Positions 8,910 through 17,642 of a stretch of 30,621 bases of DNA are shown here, piece by piece. The notes beneath the pieces are model-generated. The model did not search any database, was not told the DNA's origin, and was given only the letters and a program-made list of their open reading frames with translations. The position numbers were made by a program, and so were the translations under genes. The DNA is from a virus. Taxonomy: Duplodnaviria; Caudoviricetes. The stretch's first letter is position 1. The number at the start of each line of letters is the position of its first letter. The stretch covers positions 1 to 30,621 of the IMG/VR virus record IMGVR_UViG_3300043436_001222; one strand, written 5' to 3'.

Positions 8910-10124
8910 ATGAAATACGAAAAATTTATTGTTGCTAACCTCGATTCATTCGAGAAACTTGGCCGAAATCAAACACATTTTGCTCAACTATTAAAGGAAA
9001 GTTACCCAAAAGAACTTGGCACAACTGGAGTCGAGGGAATCAGAGCAGGCATAAAAGCATTTTTTAGAGACAATCCATTGCCAAAGATTGAGCAACCAAT
9101 TGAAAAAGCAAAAGACATTGGCGTTGTCATTCAAGAAGACCGAAAAAACAAAGCATTGGCGGCTCAACTAAATGATGTTAAAAAGAAAAACGAATATTTG
9201 CTGAGTAAATTAGAGGCAACAGAGCAGGCCTATGACGATTTATTAGCTATTAAAGAAAAGAGCGACACTCTGGAAATCAAATTTGAGAAATCGAGTGGCT
9301 CAAAAAATATGGGGACGCCAATCATTTCATTGTCGGACTGGCATATTGAAGAGAATGTGAGACGTGGGCAAGTAAATGGATTCAATGAATACAATTTGAA
9401 GATTGCAGAAAAGCGTTCAATTGCTATATTCCAGAACATTGTCAAGTTAATAGACAAAGAGAGCAAAGACGTTCATATTAAGGACGTTGTTGTTTGGTTG
9501 GGTGGCGACTTTATATCTGGATACATTCATGACGAATTGGTTGAGTCAAATAACCTATCGCCATTGCAAGCAATCCGAATGGCAAAGCAATTAATCATGA
9601 ATGGATTTGAGTTTTTATTAAAAAATACCAAAGTCAATTTTATCATACCATGTTCGGTTGGTAATCATGGCAGGAATACAAAGAAGATGCACATTTCAAC
9701 GAGTTCGGCAACCAATTACGAGTTTATGATGTATTCGGATTTAAAAGACTTATTCAGAAACGAGAAACGAATGACATTTCACATGCCAGAGTCGGACGAT
9801 TGCTACGTTAAAGTTCTGGGCAAAACGATTAGATTCTTTCATGGCGAGGCGGTCAAATATGGGGGCGGCATTGGCGGGTTGACGATTCCTTTGATTAAAT
9901 ATTTGTTAAGAAAAGATGAGCAAAGAAAAGCAGATTTCACATGTTTAGGCCATTTCCATCAATTATTCTATCCCACAACCAGTTGCTGCGTCAATGGGTC
10001 ATTAATTGGCTTGTCTCCTTATGGACACAAGGCGGGATTTAAGCCAGAAAAGCCTGCGCAAGCATTTACATTATTAGACGAAAAGAGAGGAATTTCAGTT
10101 AAAATTCCGATATTTGCAGAATGA
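8910..10124 (+). CDS. Calcineurin-like metallophosphoesterase with N-terminal coiled coil
   Basis: SDWH, GGD, GNHG, HG and GHFH motifs in canonical order. Probable start ATG 8910. Confidence 0.85.
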   Translation: MKYEKFIVANLDSFEKLGRNQTHFAQLLKESYPKELGTTGVEGIRAGIKAFFRDNPLPKIEQPIEKAKDIGVVIQEDRKNKALAAQLNDVKKKNEYLLSKLEATEQAYDDLLAIKEKSDTLEIKFEKSSGSKNMGTPIISLSDWHIEENVRRGQVNGFNEYNLKIAEKRSIAIFQNIVKLIDKESKDVHIKDVVVWLGGDFISGYIHDELVESNNLSPLQAIRMAKQLIMNGFEFLLKNTKVNFIIPCSVGNHGRNTKKMHISTSSATNYEFMMYSDLKDLFRNEKRMTFHMPESDDCYVKVLGKTIRFFHGEAVKYGGGIGGLTIPLIKYLLRKDEQRKADFTCLGHFHQLFYPTTSCCVNGSLIGLSPYGHKAGFKPEKPAQAFTLLDEKRGISVKIPIFAE

Positions 10125-10339
10125 GCGGCAAACCAGAGAATCCAATTGACGAGGAAATCGAAGACATGGCAGATGAGGACATCTATAAGGAATTATATTT
10201 CTTAAAAGAGTTTTTGTGGGAGGTTGAAGAGAACACATTGCTATATTTCCCGAATAAAAAAGTGGAATGGCAAACAGAGTTAATTAAATTAATAGACCAG
10301 AGGTTGAAGTGGTTGAATTTTGAAGATGAGCAAGAATAA
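10121..10339 (+). CDS. Hypothetical acidic protein
   Basis: ATGA-coupled 72 aa ORF. Confidence 0.55.
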   Translation: MSGKPENPIDEEIEDMADEDIYKELYFLKEFLWEVEENTLLYFPNKKVEWQTELIKLIDQRLKWLNFEDEQE

Positions 10340-10410
10340 AATTTTAGAAAGCATAGAAAAAGAGATTAGCCAATTAGAGGAAATAATAAAAAAAAGAAAA
10401 AAGAAATATA

Positions 10411-10842
10411 ATGAGATTAAGCATACTAATATTGGCAATAATTTTGAGCAGTTGTGGAGTCAAGAAACAAGCGACAAGCGTTGAGACCGAGACAAAGAGC
10501 GAGATTAAGATTGAGACAGAAACAAAGGTCTCAGAGGTTGTCAACGATTCGTCTGTTGTTGTTATATTGGAGACTATTGACTTTGAAGTTCACATCGATA
10601 CGATGGGGCAAATTCAGTCTGCGCCAAAGAAGTTAACCAGACAGATTATTCACAAGCGCAAATTAGCCGTTGTGAGACACGAAGAGGTTAAGACTAAACA
10701 AGTAGCAGTTGAGCAAAAGAAAGTCGAGCAGAAGTCAAAGCAAGTAGTTAAGGAGAGCGGGACATGGTCTCTCTGGTTATTCGGTTTAATTATATTAGTG
10801 GCCATTGTGTTATATATAATTTCAAAAATTCGGGTTTTTTAG
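10411..10842 (+). CDS. Lipoprotein, probable unimolecular spanin
   Basis: N-terminal lipobox (ILSSC) plus C-terminal TM (LWLFGLIILVAIVLYII), located after holin and endolysin. Confidence 0.75.
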   Translation: MRLSILILAIILSSCGVKKQATSVETETKSEIKIETETKVSEVVNDSSVVVILETIDFEVHIDTMGQIQSAPKKLTRQIIHKRKLAVVRHEEVKTKQVAVEQKKVEQKSKQVVKESGTWSLWLFGLIILVAIVLYIISKIRVF

Positions 10843-10863
10843 TTTAGGTTCATAGTTTGGAGA

Positions 10864-10893
10864 GGCCACGCAGAAATGTGTGGCTTTTTTTTT
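10864..10893 (+). terminator. Rho-independent terminator ending the lysis operon
   Basis: GGCCACGCA-GAAA-TGTGTGGCT followed by a T-tract. Confidence 0.9.
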
Positions 10894-10908
10894 GCCCTAA
10901 AAAGTGGC

Positions 10909-10987
10909 TTTAAATAGTTAAAATTGCAGATTATGAAAAAAAGATTAAAAAAAAATAAAAAAAGTTTTGTTTTTTAAATAGTTAAAA
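10909..10987 (+). repeat. 15-bp direct repeat TTTAAATAGTTAAAA, candidate operator
   Basis: Exact copies at 10909-10923 and 10973-10987, each containing a TTTAA-N4-TTAAA dyad, in the AT-rich gap before the early genes. Confidence 0.5.
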
Positions 10988-11027
10988 CGATATTTGAATA
11001 TCGAATCAAACAAATCGGTGCTAAAAA

Positions 11028-11180
11028 ATGGAAAATATATTAAAATTTACAGGATTAACAGAATTAGAATTTACAAAAATTTATACAGATGCAATGAATA
11101 AATTAATGAGCATTGGATATAAAGAAACTGAAGCAAGAGCAATAGTAATTAATGGAATTGAAAAATCATTAGGATTATAA
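11028..11180 (+). CDS. Hypothetical protein (50 aa; not in ORF track)
   Basis: A-rich leader then MENILKFTGLTELEF...EKSLGL*. Confidence 0.55.
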   Translation: MENILKFTGLTELEFTKIYTDAMNKLMSIGYKETEARAIVINGIEKSLGL

Positions 11181-11231
11181 AAACCAAAAGGGGCGCAGCA
11201 TCCATAACTGCAAAATTTAAAACAAAAAAAC

Positions 11232-11363
11232 ATGAACAAGTTAAAAACAAAAAACAAACATTTATCAATTGCAGAAATTGACGAGGCCTTGTTGGGTTTC
11301 GCAGCATTGATTATTTTTTTCGGTTCTTTTATGGCATTTTTATTTTATTATTTAGGACGATGA
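11232..11363 (+). CDS. Small membrane protein (43 aa; not in ORF track)
   Basis: A-rich leader, hydrophobic C-terminal half, ATGA overlap with the next gene. Confidence 0.55.
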   Translation: MNKLKTKNKHLSIAEIDEALLGFAALIIFFGSFMAFLFYYLGR

Positions 11364-11710
11364 GCGAAATCAAACAAGCGAAAACATTGGCAAGTTTGCC
11401 AGTGAATTCAGAATGCGAAATCATTGACGTTGTTGAGAGTGATTCGTCATACATTATTGGTGGCTATTATACCAAAGACGAAGACGAGGACAAAAGCTAT
11501 CTGGTAATCACAGAAAATGAATTGGATAAATATTTGGCAGAACATTACATGCTCGAGGAAATAAACACCAACAGACGAACTGGCAAATATATTATTATGA
11601 CAGATGGCGAGGGAGAGAATGCGACATTCATTCCATTAGACCAATTCATTGACGAAAACAAATACGAATTTTTTTATAATTTAATTAAGGAAAAAAGTGG
11701 TAAATTTTAG
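11360..11710 (+). CDS. Hypothetical protein
   Basis: 116 aa coupled ORF, no recognised motif. Confidence 0.6.
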   Translation: MSEIKQAKTLASLPVNSECEIIDVVESDSSYIIGGYYTKDEDEDKSYLVITENELDKYLAEHYMLEEINTNRRTGKYIIMTDGEGENATFIPLDQFIDENKYEFFYNLIKEKSGKF

Positions 11711-12077
11711 GTTAAAAGGAAAAATCGAAGCCAAAGAAAATGGAGTCGATTACATGATTAAGCAATTCGGCAACGAAGTTATGGTCTATGCTTTTGAGGG
11801 CAAAGAACTTTGCGTGGAAAGTAATTTTATTGAGTTGCGAGAGGCCATGAAATATGTCAGAGAGTATGCAAGAAAAAAAGCAGGAGACATTTCGAGAACT
11901 TACAACCAGACAATTATTGGCAAAATGAAACTGGGCGAAAACTATTCGGTAAAGGAAAACGAAATAAAAAACCAACGCTCTCTGGTATCTTATTACAGAA
12001 AAACAAGGAATAGAGACTTTGAATTTGAGGTCTATTATGACAATGGTAAAAACTTTAAAATTACACGCATAAAATGA
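11697..12077 (+). CDS. Hypothetical protein
   Basis: 126 aa overlapping ORF with a basic C-terminal half. Confidence 0.55.
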   Translation: MVNFRLKGKIEAKENGVDYMIKQFGNEVMVYAFEGKELCVESNFIELREAMKYVREYARKKAGDISRTYNQTIIGKMKLGENYSVKENEIKNQRSLVSYYRKTRNRDFEFEVYYDNGKNFKITRIK

Positions 12078-12400
12078 TAGCAACTAACATTGACGCATTT
12101 GCGCAAGTATTAAGCAAACAAGGTTTTGTATTAATAGAACGAATCGAAGAGCCATTTATGGCGCATTTTATTAAAGATGAGTTTGAAATAAAGTTGAACT
12201 GGGAGACATTCACATTGCCGAATTGCTACGCTCCGCTTTATTACCCAGACTCAGAAGACCAAGCAATGACATTGCTTGCATGTCATGGAATTATTAAATT
12301 ACCCAGAGACTACAAAAGCGACTCAGAAAAACTAAATTTAATCGTTAAATGTGGCTCATTAGTTAATCAAAGTTTAATCAATCAAATAATAAAATCATGA
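12074..12400 (+). CDS. Hypothetical protein
   Basis: ATGA-coupled 108 aa ORF. Confidence 0.6.
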   Translation: MIATNIDAFAQVLSKQGFVLIERIEEPFMAHFIKDEFEIKLNWETFTLPNCYAPLYYPDSEDQAMTLLACHGIIKLPRDYKSDSEKLNLIVKCGSLVNQSLINQIIKS

Positions 12401-12618
12401 AGTTAATCCATACCTATCCACACAGACAAGAAGAGGACGGATGTCCAAAGACAGAAGTTGTTTTCGTTCAATCGACAACTGGCACAAAGCCAGAGGATGC
12501 AAATATCAGTTTAGAACGTTGGGGCAAACATATTCGAGCGCAATTGGGAATCACAGAAAAGAAAGTCATCAATCTGGAGTTGCGAGACAATTATGAATTG
12601 TTTAAAAATATCCGTTAA
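12397..12618 (+). CDS. Hypothetical protein
   Basis: ATGA-coupled 73 aa ORF. Confidence 0.6.
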   Translation: MKLIHTYPHRQEEDGCPKTEVVFVQSTTGTKPEDANISLERWGKHIRAQLGITEKKVINLELRDNYELFKNIR

Positions 12619-12677
12619 AAAATTTGATTAAATACTTTAAATGTTTAAATTTACAAATCACTTAAAACAGACTAAAA

Positions 12678-13349
12678 ATGACAGAACTAATTAATCAACC
12701 AACAACAAATGAGATGTCCAATAATGATGGGCAAATCGAAGAGTTTAGAATTAAAATGCAGAATTTCACAAAGCTATTAAATTCTAAGCCTAAGCCAGAG
12801 CAAGTTCAAAAACATCAAGGCTATGAATATTTACCAATTTCACATATTGAAAAAGAATTGGATAAAATTTATTTTGGATTAATTCAATACGAAGTAATTT
12901 CATATAACCAAATTTTCAATGAAATTTCATGCCATGCCAGAATTAAAGTATTTCATCCAGTAATTAACCAATGGATGCAATATGACGGATTAGGCTCTGC
13001 GGTTATTCAGCAAGACAAAGATACACCAGTCGCAGACTTTCATTTATACAAAAAAGGGAATGCGTTGCAATTGTCATTACCAAAAGCGTATGCAGAAGCA
13101 ATTAAAAATGCAGCTAAAAAAATTGGAAAAAAGTTTGGCTCTGACTTAAATAGAAAATTTGAGGATGTATATGAGCCAATGATTAAAACAGAAAATAAAA
13201 AGAAAAAGGTTGCATTAGTTTACGGCTCATTAGGATGGAAACAGATAGTTGAAAAATTGTCTAATAACGAAATCACAATTGCAGACGTTGAAGCTAAATG
13301 CGACATCACAGAAGAGCAGAGAGTAATGTTAATGGACGAAGCTATATGA
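12678..13349 (+). CDS. Rad52/Sak-like single-strand annealing protein
   Basis: YEYLPISHIEKELD, YDGLG and AYAEAIKNAAKKIG...GSDL pattern, adjacent to an exonuclease. Confidence 0.75.
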   Translation: MTELINQPTTNEMSNNDGQIEEFRIKMQNFTKLLNSKPKPEQVQKHQGYEYLPISHIEKELDKIYFGLIQYEVISYNQIFNEISCHARIKVFHPVINQWMQYDGLGSAVIQQDKDTPVADFHLYKKGNALQLSLPKAYAEAIKNAAKKIGKKFGSDLNRKFEDVYEPMIKTENKKKKVALVYGSLGWKQIVEKLSNNEITIADVEAKCDITEEQRVMLMDEAI

Positions 13350-13966
13350 GACAATTTAAAATAAGATGCTCACAGATTTCAAAAATCATGGGCAAAGCTA
13401 AAAAAGACGGCGAGTTGAGCGCCACATGCAAAACCTATTTGCATGAATGGTATGCCGATGACCATGAGGAATTACATTCTAAATACACTGAGAAAGGCAA
13501 GGCCGTTGAGGCCGATGCCATCCAGTTTATGGCGGAGCAACTTGGTTTCCCATTTGCTGAAAAGAACATTGACATATTTAACAATGATTATATTATCGGA
13601 GAGCCAGACGTGTTGCCGACAGAAGACATTTGCGTTGACATAAAATGTCCATTTAACCGAAAAACATTTCTTGACAATGTATCTGGAATCAATGAGGATT
13701 ATGAATGGCAAGGTCGTGGTTATTTGGCCGTTACTGGGCGCAAGCAATTTATTCTATTCTATGCGCTTATGAACACGCCTGCGGATGTTAACTATGGCAG
13801 AGAGGTTAAATATGACCACTTGCCAGTTGAGCAACGTTGGCTCGCTTATTCGATTGAGCATTCAGATGAAATCATTGAGCAGGTTTATGCTAAAGTCATC
13901 CAGTGCAGAGAATATCTGGCACAATATCACCAACAAGTAATTAATAAAATTGGTAAAATAAACTAA
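13346..13966 (+). CDS. YqaJ/lambda-exonuclease family nuclease
   Basis: IRCSQI, GKAVE, GEPD, DIKCP and YEWQGRGY motifs. Start ATG 13346 (ATGA overlap). Confidence 0.8.
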   Translation: MRQFKIRCSQISKIMGKAKKDGELSATCKTYLHEWYADDHEELHSKYTEKGKAVEADAIQFMAEQLGFPFAEKNIDIFNNDYIIGEPDVLPTEDICVDIKCPFNRKTFLDNVSGINEDYEWQGRGYLAVTGRKQFILFYALMNTPADVNYGREVKYDHLPVEQRWLAYSIEHSDEIIEQVYAKVIQCREYLAQYHQQVINKIGKIN

Positions 13967-13972
13967 AAAGCT

Positions 13973-14149
13973 ATGGAATTAGATAAAAGAGACGAATTAA
14001 TCAAAGCGCAAAAAGAATTAATCGCAAAACAAGACGAATTGATTGCAGTTCATAAGCAAACTGAATTAATATTGCACAAATTAATAGATAATTTAGAAAG
14101 GGAATTAAAAATTTATTCTTTAGTGTATGGAAGTTCACATCAAAATTAG
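13973..14149 (+). CDS. Small coiled-coil protein (58 aa; not in ORF track)
   Basis: MELDKRDELIKAQKELIAKQDELI heptad pattern filling the gap. Confidence 0.5.
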   Translation: MELDKRDELIKAQKELIAKQDELIAVHKQTELILHKLIDNLERELKIYSLVYGSSHQN

Positions 14150-14315
14150 AAACAGACGCATTGAACTCGGCTATAATTCAGCCGAGCAATTTGCTTTCGA
14201 CAACAAATTAAATCGCAGCACTTATCAAAGAGTTGAACAAGGTAAAAATATGACTCTGGACACATTGGTTAAGGTTGCGCAGGCTTTAAAAATTGAATTA
14301 AAGGATTTATTATGA
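14127..14315 (+). CDS. XRE-family helix-turn-helix regulator
   Basis: IRNRRIELGY...LNRSTYQRVEQGKNMTLDTLVKVAQAL. Confidence 0.88.
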   Translation: MEVHIKIRNRRIELGYNSAEQFAFDNKLNRSTYQRVEQGKNMTLDTLVKVAQALKIELKDLL

Positions 14316-14421
14316 GAAAATTTACAGATTTTTTAATCGAATTATTGATATTGTGTTCGTTATTGTTTTGTTTTTTTGTTTTTATTCCTATGGTTGTATC
14401 AGTAATCCTGCATTTTATATC

Positions 14422-14853
14422 ATGAAAGCAAAATATATTGGTAAAATTGAGGACGGCCGTCTGAGGATTTTAAATAAAAGCATGTTTGACGCTCACATTG
14501 AATCGCTAAACGGCAAAGAAGTTTCAATTGTTCTGGATAGGAATACAAAAAAACGTTCAAACAACCAGAATGCTTATTATCATGGCGTTGTTTTGCCAAT
14601 AGTTAAAGCGGGATTAATTGACGCAGGCTTTGAAAATTACAGAAACAATGAGCAGGTGCATGATTTATTAAAATTTAGGTTTTTAAAAACAAACGAAAAC
14701 AATGTGAATGGCGAATTTATAGAAAGAATCAAATCGACCAGTGAACTATCGACCAGTCAATTTATGGATTTCATTGCAGAGGTGCAGAAATGGGCAACAG
14801 AATTTTTAAACGTATATATTCCAGAACCAAACGAAAACTTAGAACTATTATGA
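14422..14853 (+). CDS. NinB-like recombination protein
   Basis: KRSNNQNAYYHG and STSELSTSQFMDFI motifs. Probable start ATG 14422. Confidence 0.7.
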   Translation: MKAKYIGKIEDGRLRILNKSMFDAHIESLNGKEVSIVLDRNTKKRSNNQNAYYHGVVLPIVKAGLIDAGFENYRNNEQVHDLLKFRFLKTNENNVNGEFIERIKSTSELSTSQFMDFIAEVQKWATEFLNVYIPEPNENLELL

Positions 14854-15221
14854 TAGCAAATTTTGAGGAGTTAACCTACCAAATCACAGAAAATGAAAAG
14901 CGATGCGCTAAATTCATTGAGGCATTGTTAAGAAAAACAAATAAATTTTACACTAATAAGCAATTGAGTAAACTAATCTTTGAGCGCTCTGGTAATGACA
15001 CCGAGTTTGATTTGGTCGACTCCAGAATCCGAGTGATAATGAACTATTTGAGACGCACAACCGCTCCGAACATTATCGCATCGTCTAACGGCTACAAAAT
15101 AACCGAAGACATTGACGAACTCAATAAATATTTAGAGTCATTATATGACCGCATTGACGCAATTAAAGTAATCGCAGACCAAACATCATTTTATGTCAAA
15201 CAATATGGAACGCAACGCTAA
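14850..15221 (+). CDS. Hypothetical protein, possible winged-helix DNA-binding
   Basis: ATGA-coupled start at 14850. RIRVIMNYLR...IIASSNGYK pattern. Confidence 0.55.
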   Translation: MIANFEELTYQITENEKRCAKFIEALLRKTNKFYTNKQLSKLIFERSGNDTEFDLVDSRIRVIMNYLRRTTAPNIIASSNGYKITEDIDELNKYLESLYDRIDAIKVIADQTSFYVKQYGTQR

Positions 15222-15429
15222 TATAATCGAGTTTTTAATTGGCGGGAATAATAGTGTTAAAATCACTGCGGCTAAATTTAAAGTTCAAAGGTCTTTTGTT
15301 ATTCGTTTAACGACTTATTATTTTGGAATGGGAAACAAAGCGCTCATTTCGGTTAAGCATGATGACGTTGACCAGTCAGTTTATTTAAAAAAATACGAGG
15401 CCAGAAACCTTGTTATTTGTAATTTGTAA
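15205..15429 (+). CDS. Hypothetical protein
   Basis: Short ORF with an HTH-like SVKITAAKFKV segment. Start uncertain (15193 or 15205). Confidence 0.45.
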   Translation: MERNANIIEFLIGGNNSVKITAAKFKVQRSFVIRLTTYYFGMGNKALISVKHDDVDQSVYLKKYEARNLVICNL

Positions 15430-15446
15430 AATTTATAATATATTTG
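15416..15446 (+). promoter_or_regulatory. Bacteroidota sigma-A-type promoter
   Basis: TTTG (15416-15419), N19, TATATTTG (15439-15446) matches the -33/-7 consensus. ATG follows at 15450. Confidence 0.65.
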
Positions 15447-15449
15447 GGC

Positions 15450-15596
15450 ATGAAAATAGAAACATCAAAATTGATTAGCTTTAGTGAGTACGCTAAAAAG
15501 AATAATAAAACAACCCAGTGGTCATATCATATGGCTAAGACTGGCAAAGTAAAAGTTTTAAAAATATCTGGAATTAATTTTATTTTATTGGATTAA
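15450..15596 (+). CDS. Small DNA-binding protein (48 aa, excisionase/Cro-like; not in ORF track)
   Basis: MKIETSKLISFSEYAKKNNKTTQWSYHMAKTGKVKVLKISGINFILLD*, directly after a promoter. Confidence 0.6.
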   Translation: MKIETSKLISFSEYAKKNNKTTQWSYHMAKTGKVKVLKISGINFILLD

Positions 15597-15614
15597 ATAC
15601 CGATATTTGAGTTC

Positions 15615-15715
15615 AGTAATTTCATTTGAAGTCGAGAGCAAGTGAAATTATTTTAAAGGTTAATTACTACTAACCTCTAAGCCCGCCAATCTCGACTGGT
15701 GGGCTTTATTTTTTT
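15615..15715 (+). ncRNA. Structured leader: three hairpins with complementary loops, the last terminator-like
   Basis: Stems 15617-15650, 15657-15676 and 15679-15706. Loop 1 GTCGAGA is complementary to loop 3 TCTCGAC. A T-tract follows. Confidence 0.7.
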
Positions 15716-15721
15716 ACATCC

Positions 15722-16507
15722 ATGAAGTATTTTTTACACGATAGCAACTCATTTAACGATGAGAAAATAACAGAACTATTCATGGCTTTTGGTTATGAGG
15801 GTCTCGGCTTGTTTTATACTGCCTTAGAAAAGTTTGCACAACAAGAAAAACCAATCAAAACTGCGGTGCTAAAAAAGCAATTAAACATCGGGAAAAAGTT
15901 GGACAAATGTTGGTCATTTATGGAAACTATCGGACTAATTTCATCAAACAATGGCGAAAGTTTCAACAAACAATTGCTAAAGTTTAGTGAAAACTATAAG
16001 ATAAAAAAAGAAAAAAGCGCAGAACGTTTGAAACAATGGCGTGATAATCAGCAACATACAGAAAATGAAACGCATTTCGAACATGTACGAAACGCATCTA
16101 AAGTAAAGATAAGTAAAGTAAATAGAAGTAAAGTAAAAGAGTATAGCAATTCTAACGAATTGAATTCCCTAAAAAAACATTCATTTGAAAACTCTATTTA
16201 TTTTGACAAAAAAAAATTCAAAGAGGAGTTCCCAGAATGGGAGCGAGAAAAACTTGCCAAGTATTATGAATCAGCTTTGCTATATTCGCAATCCAAAGGA
16301 GTTAAATATTTAAACTGGGCGGCAGCCATTAAAAACTGGGAAAAAAGAGACAATCAAAACAATAAAAATGGAAAATCAGAATTTGAAAAAAACAGAATCG
16401 CAGTCGAGCAACGCATTAAGCAAGCCGACCAGTACATCGCCAAAGTTATTTTTGGGGACAATCAAAGAATTGATAATAGCCAGTCCGACTCCATTGGCAT
16501 TGATTAG
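15722..16507 (+). CDS. Replication initiator (DUF4373/Lin1244-like N-terminus)
   Basis: MKYFLHDSNSFNDEKI...GYEGLGLFY N-terminus, low-complexity SKVK linker, C-terminal NWAAAIKNW. Confidence 0.75.
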   Translation: MKYFLHDSNSFNDEKITELFMAFGYEGLGLFYTALEKFAQQEKPIKTAVLKKQLNIGKKLDKCWSFMETIGLISSNNGESFNKQLLKFSENYKIKKEKSAERLKQWRDNQQHTENETHFEHVRNASKVKISKVNRSKVKEYSNSNELNSLKKHSFENSIYFDKKKFKEEFPEWEREKLAKYYESALLYSQSKGVKYLNWAAAIKNWEKRDNQNNKNGKSEFEKNRIAVEQRIKQADQYIAKVIFGDNQRIDNSQSDSIGID

Positions 16508-17105
16508 AAAAGAGCAGGGCGATGGCTTTGTCTCAAAAGTAATTGAGCGCACAATTGATGGTTTAATCGTTTCTTTGAATGTTTCTAAGAATATGAACGA
16601 ACACCAGATAGCTGAAGCGGCGCAAATGATTTATTCGGAATATTACTATTGGTCGATTCAACATATTATCATGGCGTTTAACAATTTTAAAATGGGTAAA
16701 TATCCAGAAATTGAGTTATTTCATTCTTTTGACGTTACAACTATTTTTAAAATTTTACATAAATTTGACGCAGATTTAAAAAAGGCAAAAGAGCAAGTTG
16801 AGTCAGAGGCCATTCAAGAAAAATATAAACAATGGGAGCAAAGCTATCTGGACAATAAGCCATCGGACGAAATAATTGAGCAAGTTAAAGCATTAACAAA
16901 CAAAATAATGGATAAAAAAGAATATAAGAAAGCACCAGAGCCGAAAGAATGGTCGAGAACACGTGAATTACTGGCTGAGTTTGACGAACTATGGCGAAGT
17001 GAACCAAGTAGTGGTGCGGTGCGAGTTATTAGCGTAGAGGGGCGCAAATTGACTAAGTCTGAATATTTAGCTTATAGAGTTAACCAGATAAATGAGCAAT
17101 CCTAA
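16368..17105 (+). CDS. Replication-associated protein, possible helicase loader
   Basis: 245 aa, overlaps the initiator 3' end in the lambda-P-like position. No Walker A motif seen. Confidence 0.45.
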   Translation: MENQNLKKTESQSSNALSKPTSTSPKLFLGTIKELIIASPTPLALIRKEQGDGFVSKVIERTIDGLIVSLNVSKNMNEHQIAEAAQMIYSEYYYWSIQHIIMAFNNFKMGKYPEIELFHSFDVTTIFKILHKFDADLKKAKEQVESEAIQEKYKQWEQSYLDNKPSDEIIEQVKALTNKIMDKKEYKKAPEPKEWSRTRELLAEFDELWRSEPSSGAVRVISVEGRKLTKSEYLAYRVNQINEQS

Positions 17106-17283
17106 ATATTACGAATTGATTTGCCAGATAGGCCATCAAATCAAACACATTAAAATAATGGCAAACCATGACGACTGGGAGCAATACGATAGACGGATTA
17201 AACGAGAGTTGTTTGGCAAAGGTAAAGATTCGCCGTTTAAGGTTTTAAATAGTAAAATAATAAAGGAAAATATAGGTTTATGA
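17092..17283 (+). CDS. Hypothetical protein
   Basis: 63 aa coupled ORF. Confidence 0.55.
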   Translation: MSNPKYYELICQIGHQIKHIKIMANHDDWEQYDRRIKRELFGKGKDSPFKVLNSKIIKENIGL

Positions 17284-17642
17284 GTATAATTTTTGTAATT
17301 TTAGCAGCGATGTGCAACGCTTTAATGGACACATTGTCAACCAGATACGATGTTTCCATATTTAGAAACTTTAAAAATGAGCAGTTCTGGGATTGGCGAA
17401 TCAGTTGGAAAAATAAATGGCAAGGCGGAAACATTCGCAACGGCGAAAAGTTCTGGCAATCGAGCAGGTTTTTAGTATGGGCAACAGACGGATGGCATTT
17501 GGCTAAAGCATTAATGCTTGCTTTTATATCTTTGGCCATTGTGATGTACGTTCCAATGTACGGAATATTGGACGCACTAATTTTTTGCGTTATTTGGGGA
17601 ATTGTTTTTGAATATTCATATAATAAACTTTTTAAAGCATGA
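17280..17642 (+). CDS. Membrane protein
   Basis: Three hydrophobic segments, SWKNKW and TDGWHLAK motifs, ATGA-coupled on both sides. Confidence 0.65.
   Translation: MSIIFVILAAMCNALMDTLSTRYDVSIFRNFKNEQFWDWRISWKNKWQGGNIRNGEKFWQSSRFLVWATDGWHLAKALMLAFISLAIVMYVPMYGILDALIFCVIWGIVFEYSYNKLFKA

Noticed and set aside
10326-10484. Short Lys-rich ORF overlapping the spanin start
   Set aside because: Possible but unsupported: low complexity and a long overlap with the spanin gene.
546-14849. Extended ORF-track starts at 546, 728, 7875, 8877, 13298, 14353 and 14790
   Set aside because: Downstream ATGs fit stop/start coupling, promoter position or motif boundaries better.
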